Part shown: positions 25,020 through 34,410 of the stretch, piece after piece
How positions within the stretch are numbered: the first letter of the stretch is position 1
Layout of the letters: the number at the start of each line of letters is the position of its first letter
Assembly (NCBI GenBank): GCA_037442105.1
Contig: JBBIQV010000032.1
Span: 1-38,107, forward strand
Length of the DNA: 38,107 nt
Origin: Nitrospiraceae bacterium
GTDB lineage: Bacteria; Nitrospirota; Nitrospiria; Nitrospirales; Nitrospiraceae
Direction of reading: 5' to 3'
Notes under the pieces: model-generated
The model's input: the letters and a program-made list of their open reading frames with translations, nothing else
The model's database searches: none
Told to the model about the DNA's origin: nothing
Made by a program: the position numbers and the translations under genes

Positions 25020-26399
25020 CTAATCTCGCCCTCCTTTGATGGCGTACTTTTCCAGCCGATAGCGGAAGGAGCGGGTATTCAGACAGAGGAGACGCGCCGC
25101 CTTTTTCTTGACCCACTTGGTCCGCTCAAGGGCTTTCAACAGCAAATCTTTCTCAATCGAATTGATCAGACCTTCCAGATCGAGCCCCTCCTCCGGCAGA
25201 TCCGTCGGGAGCGCTTGCTGGGGAGAAACCGGGCGATGGAGCCATCCGCGAATGTCATTGTCGGTGACCGACGCCCCAGTCGAGAATGCGACGACGCGCT
25301 CGATCAGATTCTCCAGCTCCCGTACGTTCCCTCGCCATTCGTGCGCCAGCAGAACGTGCATGGCGTCCGTTGTGAGCGTCGGAGCCGGTTTGCCGTTCTC
25401 ATGCGCGAACTTATCAAGGAAATGTTGGGCAAGAAGCGGAATATCCCCCGTGCGCAGCCGCAGGGGAGGTAGGCGGATGGGGATCACATCCAGCCGATAG
25501 TAGAGGTCTTCCCGAAAGCCGCCTTCAGCCACGGCTTTTTCGAGATCGCGATTCGTCGCCGCCACGATGCGCACGTCAACCTTCATGTCCTGCGTGCCGC
25601 CGACCCGACGGAATTCCCGCTCCTGAATAACGCGCAAGAGCTTCACTTGGATCGCCGGCGTCGTATCGCCGATTTCGTCGAGGAAGATGGTGCCTCCATT
25701 GGCAACCTCGAAGAGTCCGGCCTTGTTGGAGATCGCCCCCGTGAACGATCCTTTCATATGGCCGAATAACTCGCTTTCCAACAACGTCTCGGGAACCGCG
25801 CTGCAATTCACCGTCACAAAGGGCATCTGGGCCCGTGCGCTGTTGTAATGAATCGCCCGCGCCACGAGCTCTTTGCCGGTGCCGCTTTCGCCCCAGATGA
25901 GCACGTTGCTCTTCGAATCCGCCACCTTGCGCACCACATCGAACACTTTCTGCATGGCGTCGCTTTGTCCGACGATTTGCGCGAAGGAGGACTGACTTGC
26001 CATCTCGCGCTTGAGCAGTATGTTCTCGGTCGAAAGCCGGCGCTTCTCCAAAGCGTTCCGGATGATCAGTTGCACTTCATCGACTTGAAAGGGCTTGGTC
26101 AGATAGTCGTAGGCGCCATGCTTCATGGCTTCGACGGCGGATTCGGCTGATGCGAAGGCCGTGATTACGAGCACGACCGTTTCGGGCGATGCCGCTTTCA
26201 CGGTTTTCAAGACGTCCAAGCCTCCGACCTTCGGCATTTTGAGATCGGTGATCACCAGGTCGAAAATCTCTTGACCGATGTGGCCGATGGCCTCTTCTCC
26301 GTCAGACGCTATGGTGACATGGTATCCCGCGCGCTTGAGCATGATGCTCAAGACATCGCGCATGCTTTGTTCATCTTCAACGATTAGGATCTTTTCCAC
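25020..26399 (-). CDS. pilR: Sigma54-dependent response regulator, PilR-like
   Basis: REC domain, AAA+ (GESGTGKE, GSFTGA) and Fis HTH; downstream of pilS and pilC. Confidence 0.85.
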   Translation of the reverse strand: MEKILIVEDEQSMRDVLSIMLKRAGYHVTIASDGEEAIGHIGQEIFDLVITDLKMPKVGGLDVLKTVKAASPETVVLVITAFASAESAVEAMKHGAYDYLTKPFQVDEVQLIIRNALEKRRLSTENILLKREMASQSSFAQIVGQSDAMQKVFDVVRKVADSKSNVLIWGESGTGKELVARAIHYNSARAQMPFVTVNCSAVPETLLESELFGHMKGSFTGAISNKAGLFEVANGGTIFLDEIGDTTPAIQVKLLRVIQEREFRRVGGTQDMKVDVRIVAATNRDLEKAVAEGGFREDLYYRLDVIPIRLPPLRLRTGDIPLLAQHFLDKFAHENGKPAPTLTTDAMHVLLAHEWRGNVRELENLIERVVAFSTGASVTDNDIRGWLHRPVSPQQALPTDLPEEGLDLEGLINSIEKDLLLKALERTKWVKKKAARLLCLNTRSFRYRLEKYAIKGGRD

Positions 26400-28078
26400 G
26401 GTTCCCTACCCTCATGCCATAAACGCAACCCCGTTTCGCCGGTACGCGGCAGGCACACCACGAAGCGCGATCCGCTCCCGACCTGACTCTCGACCTTGAT
26501 CCAGCCACCATGCAGGTCGACGATCCGGTGCACGGCAGCGAGCCCCAGTCCCGATCCCTTCTTTTTAGTGGTAAAAAACGGTAGAAAAATCTTGTCCAGG
26601 CGGTCCTTCGGGATGCCTTCGCCCGTGTCCTGAAATGCAATCTCGATGACTTCGCCACGGCGCCCGCCCAAATCCACCCGCCGTTGCCCTGTGGCGATCG
26701 TCAACTGTCCTCCGTTAGGCATCGCATCGAAGGCGTTCGTGACAAGATTCCAAAAGACCTGCTTCAACTGGTCTTGGTCGACCTGCGCCCGTAACGCGCC
26801 GTTGGCAAGCGCGGTGACGATCCGCACATTCGTTCGCGAGCGCGCTTCATGTTGAATGAGATCGAGCGTGTCGGCGATCACCTTGTTCACATCACATTCT
26901 GCCAGATTGAGCGCCGGCGGGCGAGCATAAAGGAGAAACTCGGTAATGATCGTATCCAACCGGGTGGCTTCACGGATGGCAATGTCCATCAGTCGCTGGC
27001 TGGTTTCGTCTGATCCCACATCCTTGCGCAACATCTGCATGGCACCGGCCAGCGCACCCAGGGGGTTACGAATCTCATGGGCCATCCCGGCCGACATCTC
27101 GCCGAGCGTCGCCAGCCATTCCTGGCGACGCATTTCCTCTTCCATGTCACGGATCTTGGTCAAGTCTTTAAAGACGCCCACAAGCCCCGTCTGTTCGCCC
27201 TGCTCATGAAGGGGCGAGACCGTCATACCCAGAATCAGCCGGCTCCCGTCGGCGCGCTTACACTCGACTTCGAACCGCGACGACACGGACGGGTTCATGG
27301 TCTGTTCATCGGACGGCCCATTCGGATGCCAATTGAACACTTCTCGCCAGGGACGTCCGAGCACCTGATCAAGACCATAGCCCGTTGCCTCTTGAGCCGC
27401 AGGGTTGAACGACGTTACGCGACCGAGTACATCCGCTGTAAACACGCCGCTACTGATACTTTGGACAATGTTCTCATGGAAGGCTTGCAAACGGGTCAAG
27501 CCCTGCTCTTTTTCACGGAGGGAGAGATCCGCCTGGCGTAACTGGTCCGCGAGCGCCCCACTGAGAAACCCGACGACGAGAAACGCCAAACCGTAGACTC
27601 CGAATGTCTGCAGCGTTTCCGCGCTCGATAAGCGACTGTGAGACAACCAGCCTAGCGACTCCAGCACCCCATACAATTGGAGATTCGTCACGATGCCGAA
27701 CAAGATGATGCAGATGCTGGAGGTCACCAACCCGACCGACCGCCTGGGGACCAGGCTGGCGACCGTCACAGTGATGATGTAAAGGACCGAGAACGGACTT
27801 TCGATGCCACCCGTTCGGGCGACCAGCACGGTTTCAAGGACAAAATCGACCCCGACCTGGAACCATGCAAACAAGGTGAGGGCCTTCGAAGCCTTCAGAT
27901 AACGAAGCACAATCGCGTAAGGGACCGTGATCGCGTAGATCAGCGTAATCAACACATAGAACGTCTGGACTCGTTCGCCCTTGGGAATTTGGAAGGCAAG
28001 CGACAGGCCGAGCAGGAGGGTCACGACTACGACGCGGAGCCATATCAACCAATGCAATCTGGCCCGGAGATCATTCAT
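26384..28078 (-). CDS. pilS: Sensor histidine kinase, PilS-like
   Basis: Multiple N-terminal TMs with TGGIESPF, PAS domain, H-box AHEIRNPL and N/G1/F/G2 boxes; start 28078 preferred over 28108. Confidence 0.85.
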   Translation of the reverse strand: MNDLRARLHWLIWLRVVVVTLLLGLSLAFQIPKGERVQTFYVLITLIYAITVPYAIVLRYLKASKALTLFAWFQVGVDFVLETVLVARTGGIESPFSVLYIITVTVASLVPRRSVGLVTSSICIILFGIVTNLQLYGVLESLGWLSHSRLSSAETLQTFGVYGLAFLVVGFLSGALADQLRQADLSLREKEQGLTRLQAFHENIVQSISSGVFTADVLGRVTSFNPAAQEATGYGLDQVLGRPWREVFNWHPNGPSDEQTMNPSVSSRFEVECKRADGSRLILGMTVSPLHEQGEQTGLVGVFKDLTKIRDMEEEMRRQEWLATLGEMSAGMAHEIRNPLGALAGAMQMLRKDVGSDETSQRLMDIAIREATRLDTIITEFLLYARPPALNLAECDVNKVIADTLDLIQHEARSRTNVRIVTALANGALRAQVDQDQLKQVFWNLVTNAFDAMPNGGQLTIATGQRRVDLGGRRGEVIEIAFQDTGEGIPKDRLDKIFLPFFTTKKKGSGLGLAAVHRIVDLHGGWIKVESQVGSGSRFVVCLPRTGETGLRLWHEGREPWKRS

Positions 28079-28308
28079 TGGTATCGATGACTCCCTGGCG
28101 ATCGTCAACCGCGATGCCTCGCAGCACCATCATCGTGAGGGCCCTGCGGCGAACGAAGTACGCGGTGATGAGGAGTAAGTAGGCAGCCGGAAAGCCTGTC
28201 GCCTAGAGGGTCAAATTCGGCCGGCCACTGTGCCGCGGGAGGACAAGCCCTACGTTCCCAACTGATCCGCAGATATGTGATTTCCCAGCAACACCCTGTC
28301 TGCAACGG

Positions 28309-29520
28309 TTACCCAATAGCGGCCGCCATCTGGAAGATCGGCAAGTACATGGCAATCACGATGAAGCCGATGATCGTGCCAAGAAAGACCATCATCACCG
28401 GTTCAAGGAGGGAAGTGAGCGCAGCCACCGCCTGATCGACTTCGTCTTCGTAGAAATCGGCGATCTTACCGAGCATCGCGTCGAGCGCGCCGGTCGATTC
28501 GCCGACGGCAATCATGTGGGTGACCATTTTCGGGAATGTCTCGCTCTTGGCCAGCGGTTCAGAAATCGTTTTCCCGCTGCTGATGCTGACGCGGGCGTTG
28601 AGGAGAGCCTCTTCGATGACTTTATTCCCGGATGTTTTGGCACAGATCGTCAGCCCATCGAGCAGCGGTACACCGCTCGTGATCAGCGTTCCCAGCGTCC
28701 TCGTAAACTTAGCCACCGAGGCCTTCCGAATCAATTCTCCGAAGATGGGCAGCTTGAGGAGGAGGCGATCGATGACCAGACGACCTTTCGGCGTCTTGTA
28801 GTACTTCTTGAGCGCAAATACCGCCCCGACGGCTCCGGCAATCAGAAAGAGAATATAGGACTGAATAAAGTTGCTCATGTCGATCACGAGCTGCGTCGGG
28901 CCGGGCAATCCCATCTTGCCCCCCGACATCTCGGAAAACATCTTTGCGAAGATGGGAATAACCCAGATCATGAGAACGGTGATCACGATCACAGCCACGC
29001 CCAAGATCGCCGCAGGATACACCATGGCCGACTTGATCATCCCTTTGAGTTTCATAGCCTTTTCGATGTGCTTGGCCAGCCGGGTGAGAATGGTGTCCAG
29101 CAGCCCACCGACCTCGCCCGCGTGAATCATATTGATGTAAAGATCATCGAACACTTTCGGGTGCTTCCTGAGAGCATCGGAGAAGGTGGATCCTCCCTCG
29201 ACATCGATTTTCACTTCTCCGATGGTCTTGCCGAGGAATTTGTTTTCCGACTGGGTCGCGAGAATATCCAAACACTGGATGAGCGGGAGTCCGGCATTGA
29301 TCATCGTCCCGAACTGCCGAGTGAAGACCACCAGATCCTTATCACTGATCCCGCTACCAAACGAGAAGCCGCCGAACCCAGCCGCCTTCTCATTGAGGCT
29401 GCTGACAAAGACGTTCTGTTTGCGCAGTTGCTCAACGGCTTCATCCCGAGTCTTGGCCGTCAATTCGCCTTTTCGAACGACTCCCTGTCTCGTCTTACCG
29501 ACATAAGCAAAGGTGGCCAT
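28309..29520 (-). CDS. pilC: Type IV pilus inner-membrane platform protein PilC (GspF family)
   Basis: FTRQFGTMINAGLPL, AGEVGG, SAMVYP, VGESTGALDAML, LLEP and AMYLPIF motifs. Confidence 0.93.
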   Translation of the reverse strand: MATFAYVGKTRQGVVRKGELTAKTRDEAVEQLRKQNVFVSSLNEKAAGFGGFSFGSGISDKDLVVFTRQFGTMINAGLPLIQCLDILATQSENKFLGKTIGEVKIDVEGGSTFSDALRKHPKVFDDLYINMIHAGEVGGLLDTILTRLAKHIEKAMKLKGMIKSAMVYPAAILGVAVIVITVLMIWVIPIFAKMFSEMSGGKMGLPGPTQLVIDMSNFIQSYILFLIAGAVGAVFALKKYYKTPKGRLVIDRLLLKLPIFGELIRKASVAKFTRTLGTLITSGVPLLDGLTICAKTSGNKVIEEALLNARVSISSGKTISEPLAKSETFPKMVTHMIAVGESTGALDAMLGKIADFYEDEVDQAVAALTSLLEPVMMVFLGTIIGFIVIAMYLPIFQMAAAIG

Positions 29521-29589
29521 AAGACTCTCTCTGCTACCAGTCTGAAAACACCAGGATGGCTTGAGAGCGCTGGAAATAACCCTGTGGAA

Positions 29590-29618
29590 AGTCTAGTGGA
29601 CGACCCCCATCTTGTCAA
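29590..29618 (-). promoter_or_regulatory. Sigma70 promoter TTGACA-17 bp-TAGACT for pilC
   Basis: -35 at 29613-29618 and -10 at 29590-29595 on the minus strand. Confidence 0.65.
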
Positions 29619-29634
29619 AGCACTTTCGTGTTCT

Positions 29635-29651
29635 TGTCAGAGGATCTGACA
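29635..29651. promoter_or_regulatory. Palindrome TGTCAG-N5-CTGACA (TGT-N11-ACA), candidate enhancer-binding-protein site
   Basis: Perfect 6 bp inverted repeat just upstream of the pilC -35; TCTTGTCA direct repeat at 29610 and 29632. Confidence 0.45.
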
Positions 29652-29679
29652 TCGAGGAGCGCCGGGGAGTCAAGAACGA

Positions 29680-30252
29680 TCACAGACCGTTCGCGGTAAC
29701 CTTCACATAACCACGATAGAGGTAATGGAAGCCGGACGAGAGCGTGAAGATTACCATCAGATAGAGCAGCGGTTGGATCATAGAAAGATCGCCTTGGCGC
29801 GAGACAAGAAGCACGGCCAGGAGAATATAGGTCAATTGACAGAAGGTGGTGCCCTTTCCCAAGAAGGTCGGCGACGTATCCACCCGCGAGCCGGTATGCT
29901 GAGCCACGACGGTGCCGGCTATGAGAATGAGATCACGGCTGACAACCACGATCGCCACCCAGGACGGAATCCAGTGCATCGTTGACAGTGTCAGGAAGCC
30001 GGAGATCAGCAACAGTTTATCCGCCAACGGATCGAGCAGCGCTCCCAAGCGAGTCCGCTGGTTGGCTACCCTGGCGATAGTTCCGTCCAGCGCATCGGTC
30101 GCGCCTGCAACCAGCAACACGACGAGCGCCGCATCGTAACGCTCATACACCAACAACCCGACAAAAACCGGGATGAGCAAGATACGAATGAGCGTCAGAC
30201 TGTTGGGAATGTTCATCGCGACAGTGGAAACCGTTTTGTGTTCCTCGTCCAT
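29680..30252 (-). CDS. CDP-alcohol phosphatidyltransferase (PgsA-like)
   Basis: NIPNSLT and DALDGTIAR...LGALLDPLADK signature; start 30252 or 30216. Confidence 0.9.
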   Translation of the reverse strand: MDEEHKTVSTVAMNIPNSLTLIRILLIPVFVGLLVYERYDAALVVLLVAGATDALDGTIARVANQRTRLGALLDPLADKLLLISGFLTLSTMHWIPSWVAIVVVSRDLILIAGTVVAQHTGSRVDTSPTFLGKGTTFCQLTYILLAVLLVSRQGDLSMIQPLLYLMVIFTLSSGFHYLYRGYVKVTANGL

Positions 30253-30276
30253 ACGAACCTATTGGCAGAGGGCGGC

Positions 30277-30305
30277 ATGATAGAAAGCCGGTTTCGGCTT
30301 GTCAA
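30277..30305 (-). promoter_or_regulatory. Sigma70 promoter TTGACA-17 bp-TATCAT for the PgsA-like gene
   Basis: Near-consensus hexamers; spacer carries palindrome AAGCCG-GTTT-CGGCTT. Confidence 0.65.
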
Positions 30306-30311
30306 CGATGG

Positions 30312-30340
30312 TTGCAGCCGGCCACGTCGCCGCCTATAAT
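30312..30340 (+). promoter_or_regulatory. Sigma70 promoter TTGCAG-17 bp-TATAAT for the small hypothetical gene
   Basis: Perfect -10 at 30335-30340 and -35 at 30312-30317, back-to-back with the minus-strand promoter. Confidence 0.6.
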
Positions 30341-30382
30341 GTCGGGCGATCATCCTCGGACAGCCCAGTGAGGAGGTTTCCG

Positions 30383-30724
30383 ATGAGCGCCCTTTCCCTC
30401 GTGTTCAAAAAAGAAGGGCTGGTCGAACGGCACCAGCTTGAAGGAGTTGATCCGAGCGATCGTTATTTCAACCGCGCGATTCTCGTGAATCGAACACCCA
30501 GCGGGTACGCGGCCAAGGTCATGTACGAGGCCCTGATTGTCGAAGGTCAGTCGCATCCCACCGTCAGCTTGGCTGTCAAAGAGGTTGTCGACAAGTTGAG
30601 AAACTTCGGATTTCGCCGGATGCGGACAAGAACAAACTTCAAAGGGCAACGATATCTGGCGGAGAAGGAAACCTGGGTCGACTATCCGGACGAAGCCCAA
30701 CCTCCTTCGATTAGCTCTCCGTGA
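30383..30724 (+). CDS. Small hypothetical protein (113 aa)
   Basis: RBS GAGGAGG before ATG 30383, dedicated promoter, plausible globular sequence. Confidence 0.72.
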   Translation: MSALSLVFKKEGLVERHQLEGVDPSDRYFNRAILVNRTPSGYAAKVMYEALIVEGQSHPTVSLAVKEVVDKLRNFGFRRMRTRTNFKGQRYLAEKETWVDYPDEAQPPSISSP

Positions 30725-31836
30725 ATCAGGTCGTGGATCAGCGGCCGGAACCGACGAATCGACTCGTTGCGTCTCGTCGGATGTACGCGGTTCGACAACA
30801 AGACGACTTCCAGCTCGCAGACTGGATCCACCCACAACGACGTGCCCGTATATCCCAGATGCCCGAAGGACTCGGGAGAAAACTTCGTCCCCGAAGAGGA
30901 CGAGGTTGATGGTGTATCCCAGCCGAGCGCCCAGCTCGACTGCGGTATCCGATGCTGCCGCGAAACGAACTGACGGACCATCGAGGGATCGAATACCGTC
31001 CGTCGTCCGCGGTGAGCGTTCAGCCATGCTTCCGACATCGCCAGCACAGCCGCCGCGGTCCCGAATAGCCCCGCATGCCCGGCTGTCCCGCCCAACGCAT
31101 AGGCATTCTCGTCATGCACCTCCGCTTGCAACACCCGGCCACGCCACTGGTCTTCTTCAGTAGGAGCGACATCGTCTAAGACCATCCCGGCCCGGTTGAG
31201 ACTATCGAGTCTCTTCGTCCCGATCTCCAGGAAGGCCAGTGGTGCGGCGCCCGTCGGTTCGTACAGATGCTCCCGGCAGAACACCGCCAACGACTGACCG
31301 GTCACCCGTTCCACGAGCATTCCCAGCAGCATGAATCCCAGATCGCTGTACAGACTGCGCGAACCGATCGGATAGAGGAGGGCCTCGTCGCGAATGTACT
31401 CAAGCACCGCCTGTCGAGCGGCGGGATCGCCGAGAAATCCCGGTCGGCGTCGGTCTTCTTCGGCAACCCGTTCATAGAACGGCCGCCATCCGGGAAGCCC
31501 GGCGCTGTGAGTCAATAGGTGATAGACGGTGGCCTCGCCGACGGGAACGTTCGAGAGCTCCGGCAACAGGGCGCGCAATGTTCTATCGACCTGCAGTCGT
31601 CCTTGCTGCACGAGAAGCAGCACAGCGCTCGTCGTCGCGAGGGGTTTGGTCAGAGAGGCAAGATCGTAAATAGTCTCCAGAGTGACCGGATCGCCGGAGG
31701 GAAGAAGGGAGCGCCGCCCGACCGCCTTACGATACGCGACTTCACCACGCAGGCGAATCAGCAGTACCGCGCCAGGGAAGACCCCGTCGGCAACAGCCTG
31801 CTCCATCGCTGCACCGATCGGATCGGATGTGATCAT
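30682..31836 (-). CDS. Serine hydrolase, beta-lactamase/AmpC-like family
   Basis: SxxK (ASLTK), LLTHSAG, YSDLG, HDEN and GHLGYTGTSLW motifs; no signal peptide evident. Confidence 0.88.
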   Translation of the reverse strand: MITSDPIGAAMEQAVADGVFPGAVLLIRLRGEVAYRKAVGRRSLLPSGDPVTLETIYDLASLTKPLATTSAVLLLVQQGRLQVDRTLRALLPELSNVPVGEATVYHLLTHSAGLPGWRPFYERVAEEDRRRPGFLGDPAARQAVLEYIRDEALLYPIGSRSLYSDLGFMLLGMLVERVTGQSLAVFCREHLYEPTGAAPLAFLEIGTKRLDSLNRAGMVLDDVAPTEEDQWRGRVLQAEVHDENAYALGGTAGHAGLFGTAAAVLAMSEAWLNAHRGRRTVFDPSMVRQFVSRQHRIPQSSWALGWDTPSTSSSSGTKFSPESFGHLGYTGTSLWVDPVCELEVVLLSNRVHPTRRNESIRRFRPLIHDLIHGELIEGGWASSG

Positions 31837-31937
31837 AGAATCGTGGGCGCCATGAGGAGCAGTATGATCGGGCAGGTTAAAGCCTGGAGTCGGGCGCGTC
31901 CGACTAGGAAGGGTATTGCCGGCAACGGCCGGGCCGA

Positions 31938-32450
31938 CTAGCGAGAGTGGCTCGAATCCCCCGCGAGTTTCTCATCCGTTGCCGTTGCGTCGGCGTGAAA
32001 ATCCTCCGATTCCTCCACTTCCAATAGGCGCTCGAACGTCCGGAGCGTCGCACGGATGCGTTCGGCCATCAGCACACGTTGCTTGCGCAATTCCGACAGG
32101 TCGCGATGGGCATCGGCCGATTCCATCCTTGCCTGGCGCAGGACTTCTTCAGCCTTGAGCTCCGCCTCTTTGATAATCAACTCGGCTTCACGTTGCGCTC
32201 CACGCTTGACCTCGTCCGCCAACGATTGGGCGGAAACCAACGTATTGGACAGCGCCGCTTCCGTCTTCTTCACTTCCGCAAGCTGCTGTTCCGTGAACGC
32301 GAGTTTTTCCCGCAGCACGGCGTTGTCGCGGTTCAGCATCTCCACGGTTTGCGCGAGCTCTTCCAGAAACCGGTTCACCTCTTCCTTGTCATAACCACGG
32401 AAGGCGACCTTGAATACCATCTGTTGAATATCAAGCGGCGTGATCTTCAT
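31938..32450 (-). CDS. divIVA: DivIVA domain protein
   Basis: MKITPLDIQQMVF...RGYDKEEVNRFL N-terminus followed by coiled coil; downstream of yggT. Confidence 0.88.
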   Translation of the reverse strand: MKITPLDIQQMVFKVAFRGYDKEEVNRFLEELAQTVEMLNRDNAVLREKLAFTEQQLAEVKKTEAALSNTLVSAQSLADEVKRGAQREAELIIKEAELKAEEVLRQARMESADAHRDLSELRKQRVLMAERIRATLRTFERLLEVEESEDFHADATATDEKLAGDSSHSR

Positions 32451-32470
32451 GGCATTCCTCCCACACTGGA

Positions 32471-32767
32471 TCAGTTCATCCGCATTGCCATTTCCTTCAA
32501 CGTGTTCACCAGAGCGATCTGGAGAAAGATAATGATCAGAATCGCCACCACCGGCGAAAGATCGAGTCCCATCCGCCAGCCCAGCCACCGGCGGATCGGC
32601 GCCAAGACCGGTTCAGTAGCTCGCTCCAGGAACTGCACGATCGGATTCCACGGATCCGGATTCACCCAGGAGATCAAGGCACGCGCGATGATCACCCACA
32701 TATAGAGCCAGAGGACGTAGTCCACGACCGTCGCGACTCCCAACAGCACGTTCCCCACCACAAACAT
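32471..32767 (-). CDS. yggT: YggT family membrane protein
   Basis: ALISWVNPDPWNP, TEPVLAPIRR and LDLSP motifs. Confidence 0.92.
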   Translation of the reverse strand: MFVVGNVLLGVATVVDYVLWLYMWVIIARALISWVNPDPWNPIVQFLERATEPVLAPIRRWLGWRMGLDLSPVVAILIIIFLQIALVNTLKEMAMRMN

Positions 32768-33597
32768 CAGGCGCCTAATTCTCGTGAGCGATTCGTTGCA
32801 GCCTCGACAGCCGCAATCAACGCCGCGCGCAGCCCGCCAATTTCGAGCTGGTGAAGACCTGCGATGGTCGTGCCGCCCGGCGAAGCGACTCGATCCTTCA
32901 ACCGTGCAGGATGTTCGCCCGACTCCAGCAGCAACCGCGCAGCCCCCAGCACCGTCTGGGCAGCCAACATCTCGGCGGCCTGCCTGGGCAACCCTGCCTT
33001 CACGCCGCCATCCGCAAGAGCTTCGATCATCAGGAAGACATACGCGGGTCCGCTACCGCTCAGCCCCGTCACGGCATCCATGAGGCGTTCCTCAACCGGC
33101 ACGACACGTCCCACCGCTTCGAACATCGACCGCGCAAGGGCCAAATCCTCCTCACGCACGCCGGATCCGCCGGCCAATGCCGCCGCACCCTCGCGTACCA
33201 ACACCGGCATATTGGGCATAGCCCGAATCACACGGACAGATGCCGGCAATCGTGCGGCCAGCCATGGGATAGAGATACCGGCCGCGATCGAGATCACCAA
33301 CCGCCCCTCCAGTGCGGGCGCAATACCCGTCAACACATGGCCTAGAACTTGCGGCTTTACAGCCAAGGCGACGACATCCGACCATCGCGCTGCTTCGTGG
33401 TTGTCTTCGCCAACCCGAATGCCGAAACGCCGCTTGATGAGATCACGCCGCTCTGCGCTGGGGTCGGTGGCCCACAGCGCGCCGAGCTCACAGGCTTTGG
33501 CGGCGAGGAGCCCGCCGATCAAGGCTTCAGCCATCTGGCCGGCGCCGATAAAGGCCAACTTTTTCCTGATGGGAAGACTATCCACGACGCGCTCCAA
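32767..33597 (-). CDS. proC: Pyrroline-5-carboxylate reductase
   Basis: FIGAGQMA, AVKPQ, RAMPN, GLSGSGPAY and SPGGTTIAG motifs. Confidence 0.96.
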   Translation of the reverse strand: MERVVDSLPIRKKLAFIGAGQMAEALIGGLLAAKACELGALWATDPSAERRDLIKRRFGIRVGEDNHEAARWSDVVALAVKPQVLGHVLTGIAPALEGRLVISIAAGISIPWLAARLPASVRVIRAMPNMPVLVREGAAALAGGSGVREEDLALARSMFEAVGRVVPVEERLMDAVTGLSGSGPAYVFLMIEALADGGVKAGLPRQAAEMLAAQTVLGAARLLLESGEHPARLKDRVASPGGTTIAGLHQLEIGGLRAALIAAVEAATNRSRELGA

Positions 33598-34288
33598 AAA
33601 TGGCCGTACCGACGCGCACGAACGTCGCCCCTTCTTCCACCGCCACCTCGTAGTCGCCGGACATCCCCATCGACAGTTCGTCCATCCTAATATTCTTCAG
33701 TTCCGGCTTAGCGAGCAAGCGGGCCAATTCATGGAGCCGGCGAAAATAGGGTCTCGTCATTTCGGGGTCCGTTCGGAACGGAGGGATCGCCATCAACCCT
33801 CTCACCGCCAACCCGGGCATCGCATTGAGCTCGGGGAGCGCCTGTTCCAGCGAATCAGGAGCAAAACCACCCTTCGTCGCCTCGCCGCCGACGTTCACTT
33901 CCAGCAACAGGGGCTGGCGAATCCCCGCTTGTTCCGCTCGGCGATTGATCTCAGCCGCCAGCTCGACGCTTTCAACCGAGTGAATCATCGCGAACAACCC
34001 GACGACCGTCTTGACCTTTCTGGTCTGCAGCCGTCCGATGAAGTGCCAGGTCGCCTGGCTTCGCCCGATCTGCTCGATCTTCGGCAGCGCTTCCTGGAGA
34101 CGGTTTTCTCCGAGTTGCGTCAGCCCGGCAGCGAGGCCCACTCGGATGCGATCGACGGAAACCGACTTCGTGGCTGCGATGAGACGAACGGTCTCAGGAG
34201 GTCGTCCCACCCGCTCAGCCGCCCGGCGAATGTTCTCCAACACCAACGAAACATTGTGGGCAATAGAATCCGATTCGCCGGCATTCAT
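33578..34288 (-). CDS. yggS: PLP homeostasis protein YggS
   Basis: AATK, GENRLQE, WHFIGRLQ, GLMAIPP, LSMGMSGD and VRVGTAIFG motifs. Confidence 0.96.
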   Translation of the reverse strand: MNAGESDSIAHNVSLVLENIRRAAERVGRPPETVRLIAATKSVSVDRIRVGLAAGLTQLGENRLQEALPKIEQIGRSQATWHFIGRLQTRKVKTVVGLFAMIHSVESVELAAEINRRAEQAGIRQPLLLEVNVGGEATKGGFAPDSLEQALPELNAMPGLAVRGLMAIPPFRTDPEMTRPYFRRLHELARLLAKPELKNIRMDELSMGMSGDYEVAVEEGATFVRVGTAIFGARRG

Positions 34289-34410
34289 CTAGCCCGAATT
34301 ATTCACAGCGGTTCGTCGCGCATCCCCGGCAAAGCTTTGACTCACAGGCCCCCTATTCTACCGGAGGCTCCGCTGAAATGGCAGAGCCAACGCACAGCCG
34401 ACCAGGGGCC

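Noticed and set aside
28109..28308. ~200 bp gap between pilC and pilS as an sRNA or small ORF (66 aa)
   Set aside because: No convincing RBS, motif, terminator or strong structure visible
28516..29649. 377 aa plus-strand ORF opposite pilC (likewise 35356..36396 opposite ftsZ)
   Set aside because: Codon-bias shadow of highly conserved genes
30682..31836. Calling the SxxK protein an antibiotic-resistance beta-lactamase
   Set aside because: No signal peptide, YSD instead of YxN and HLG instead of KTG; fits the broad esterase/peptidase branch
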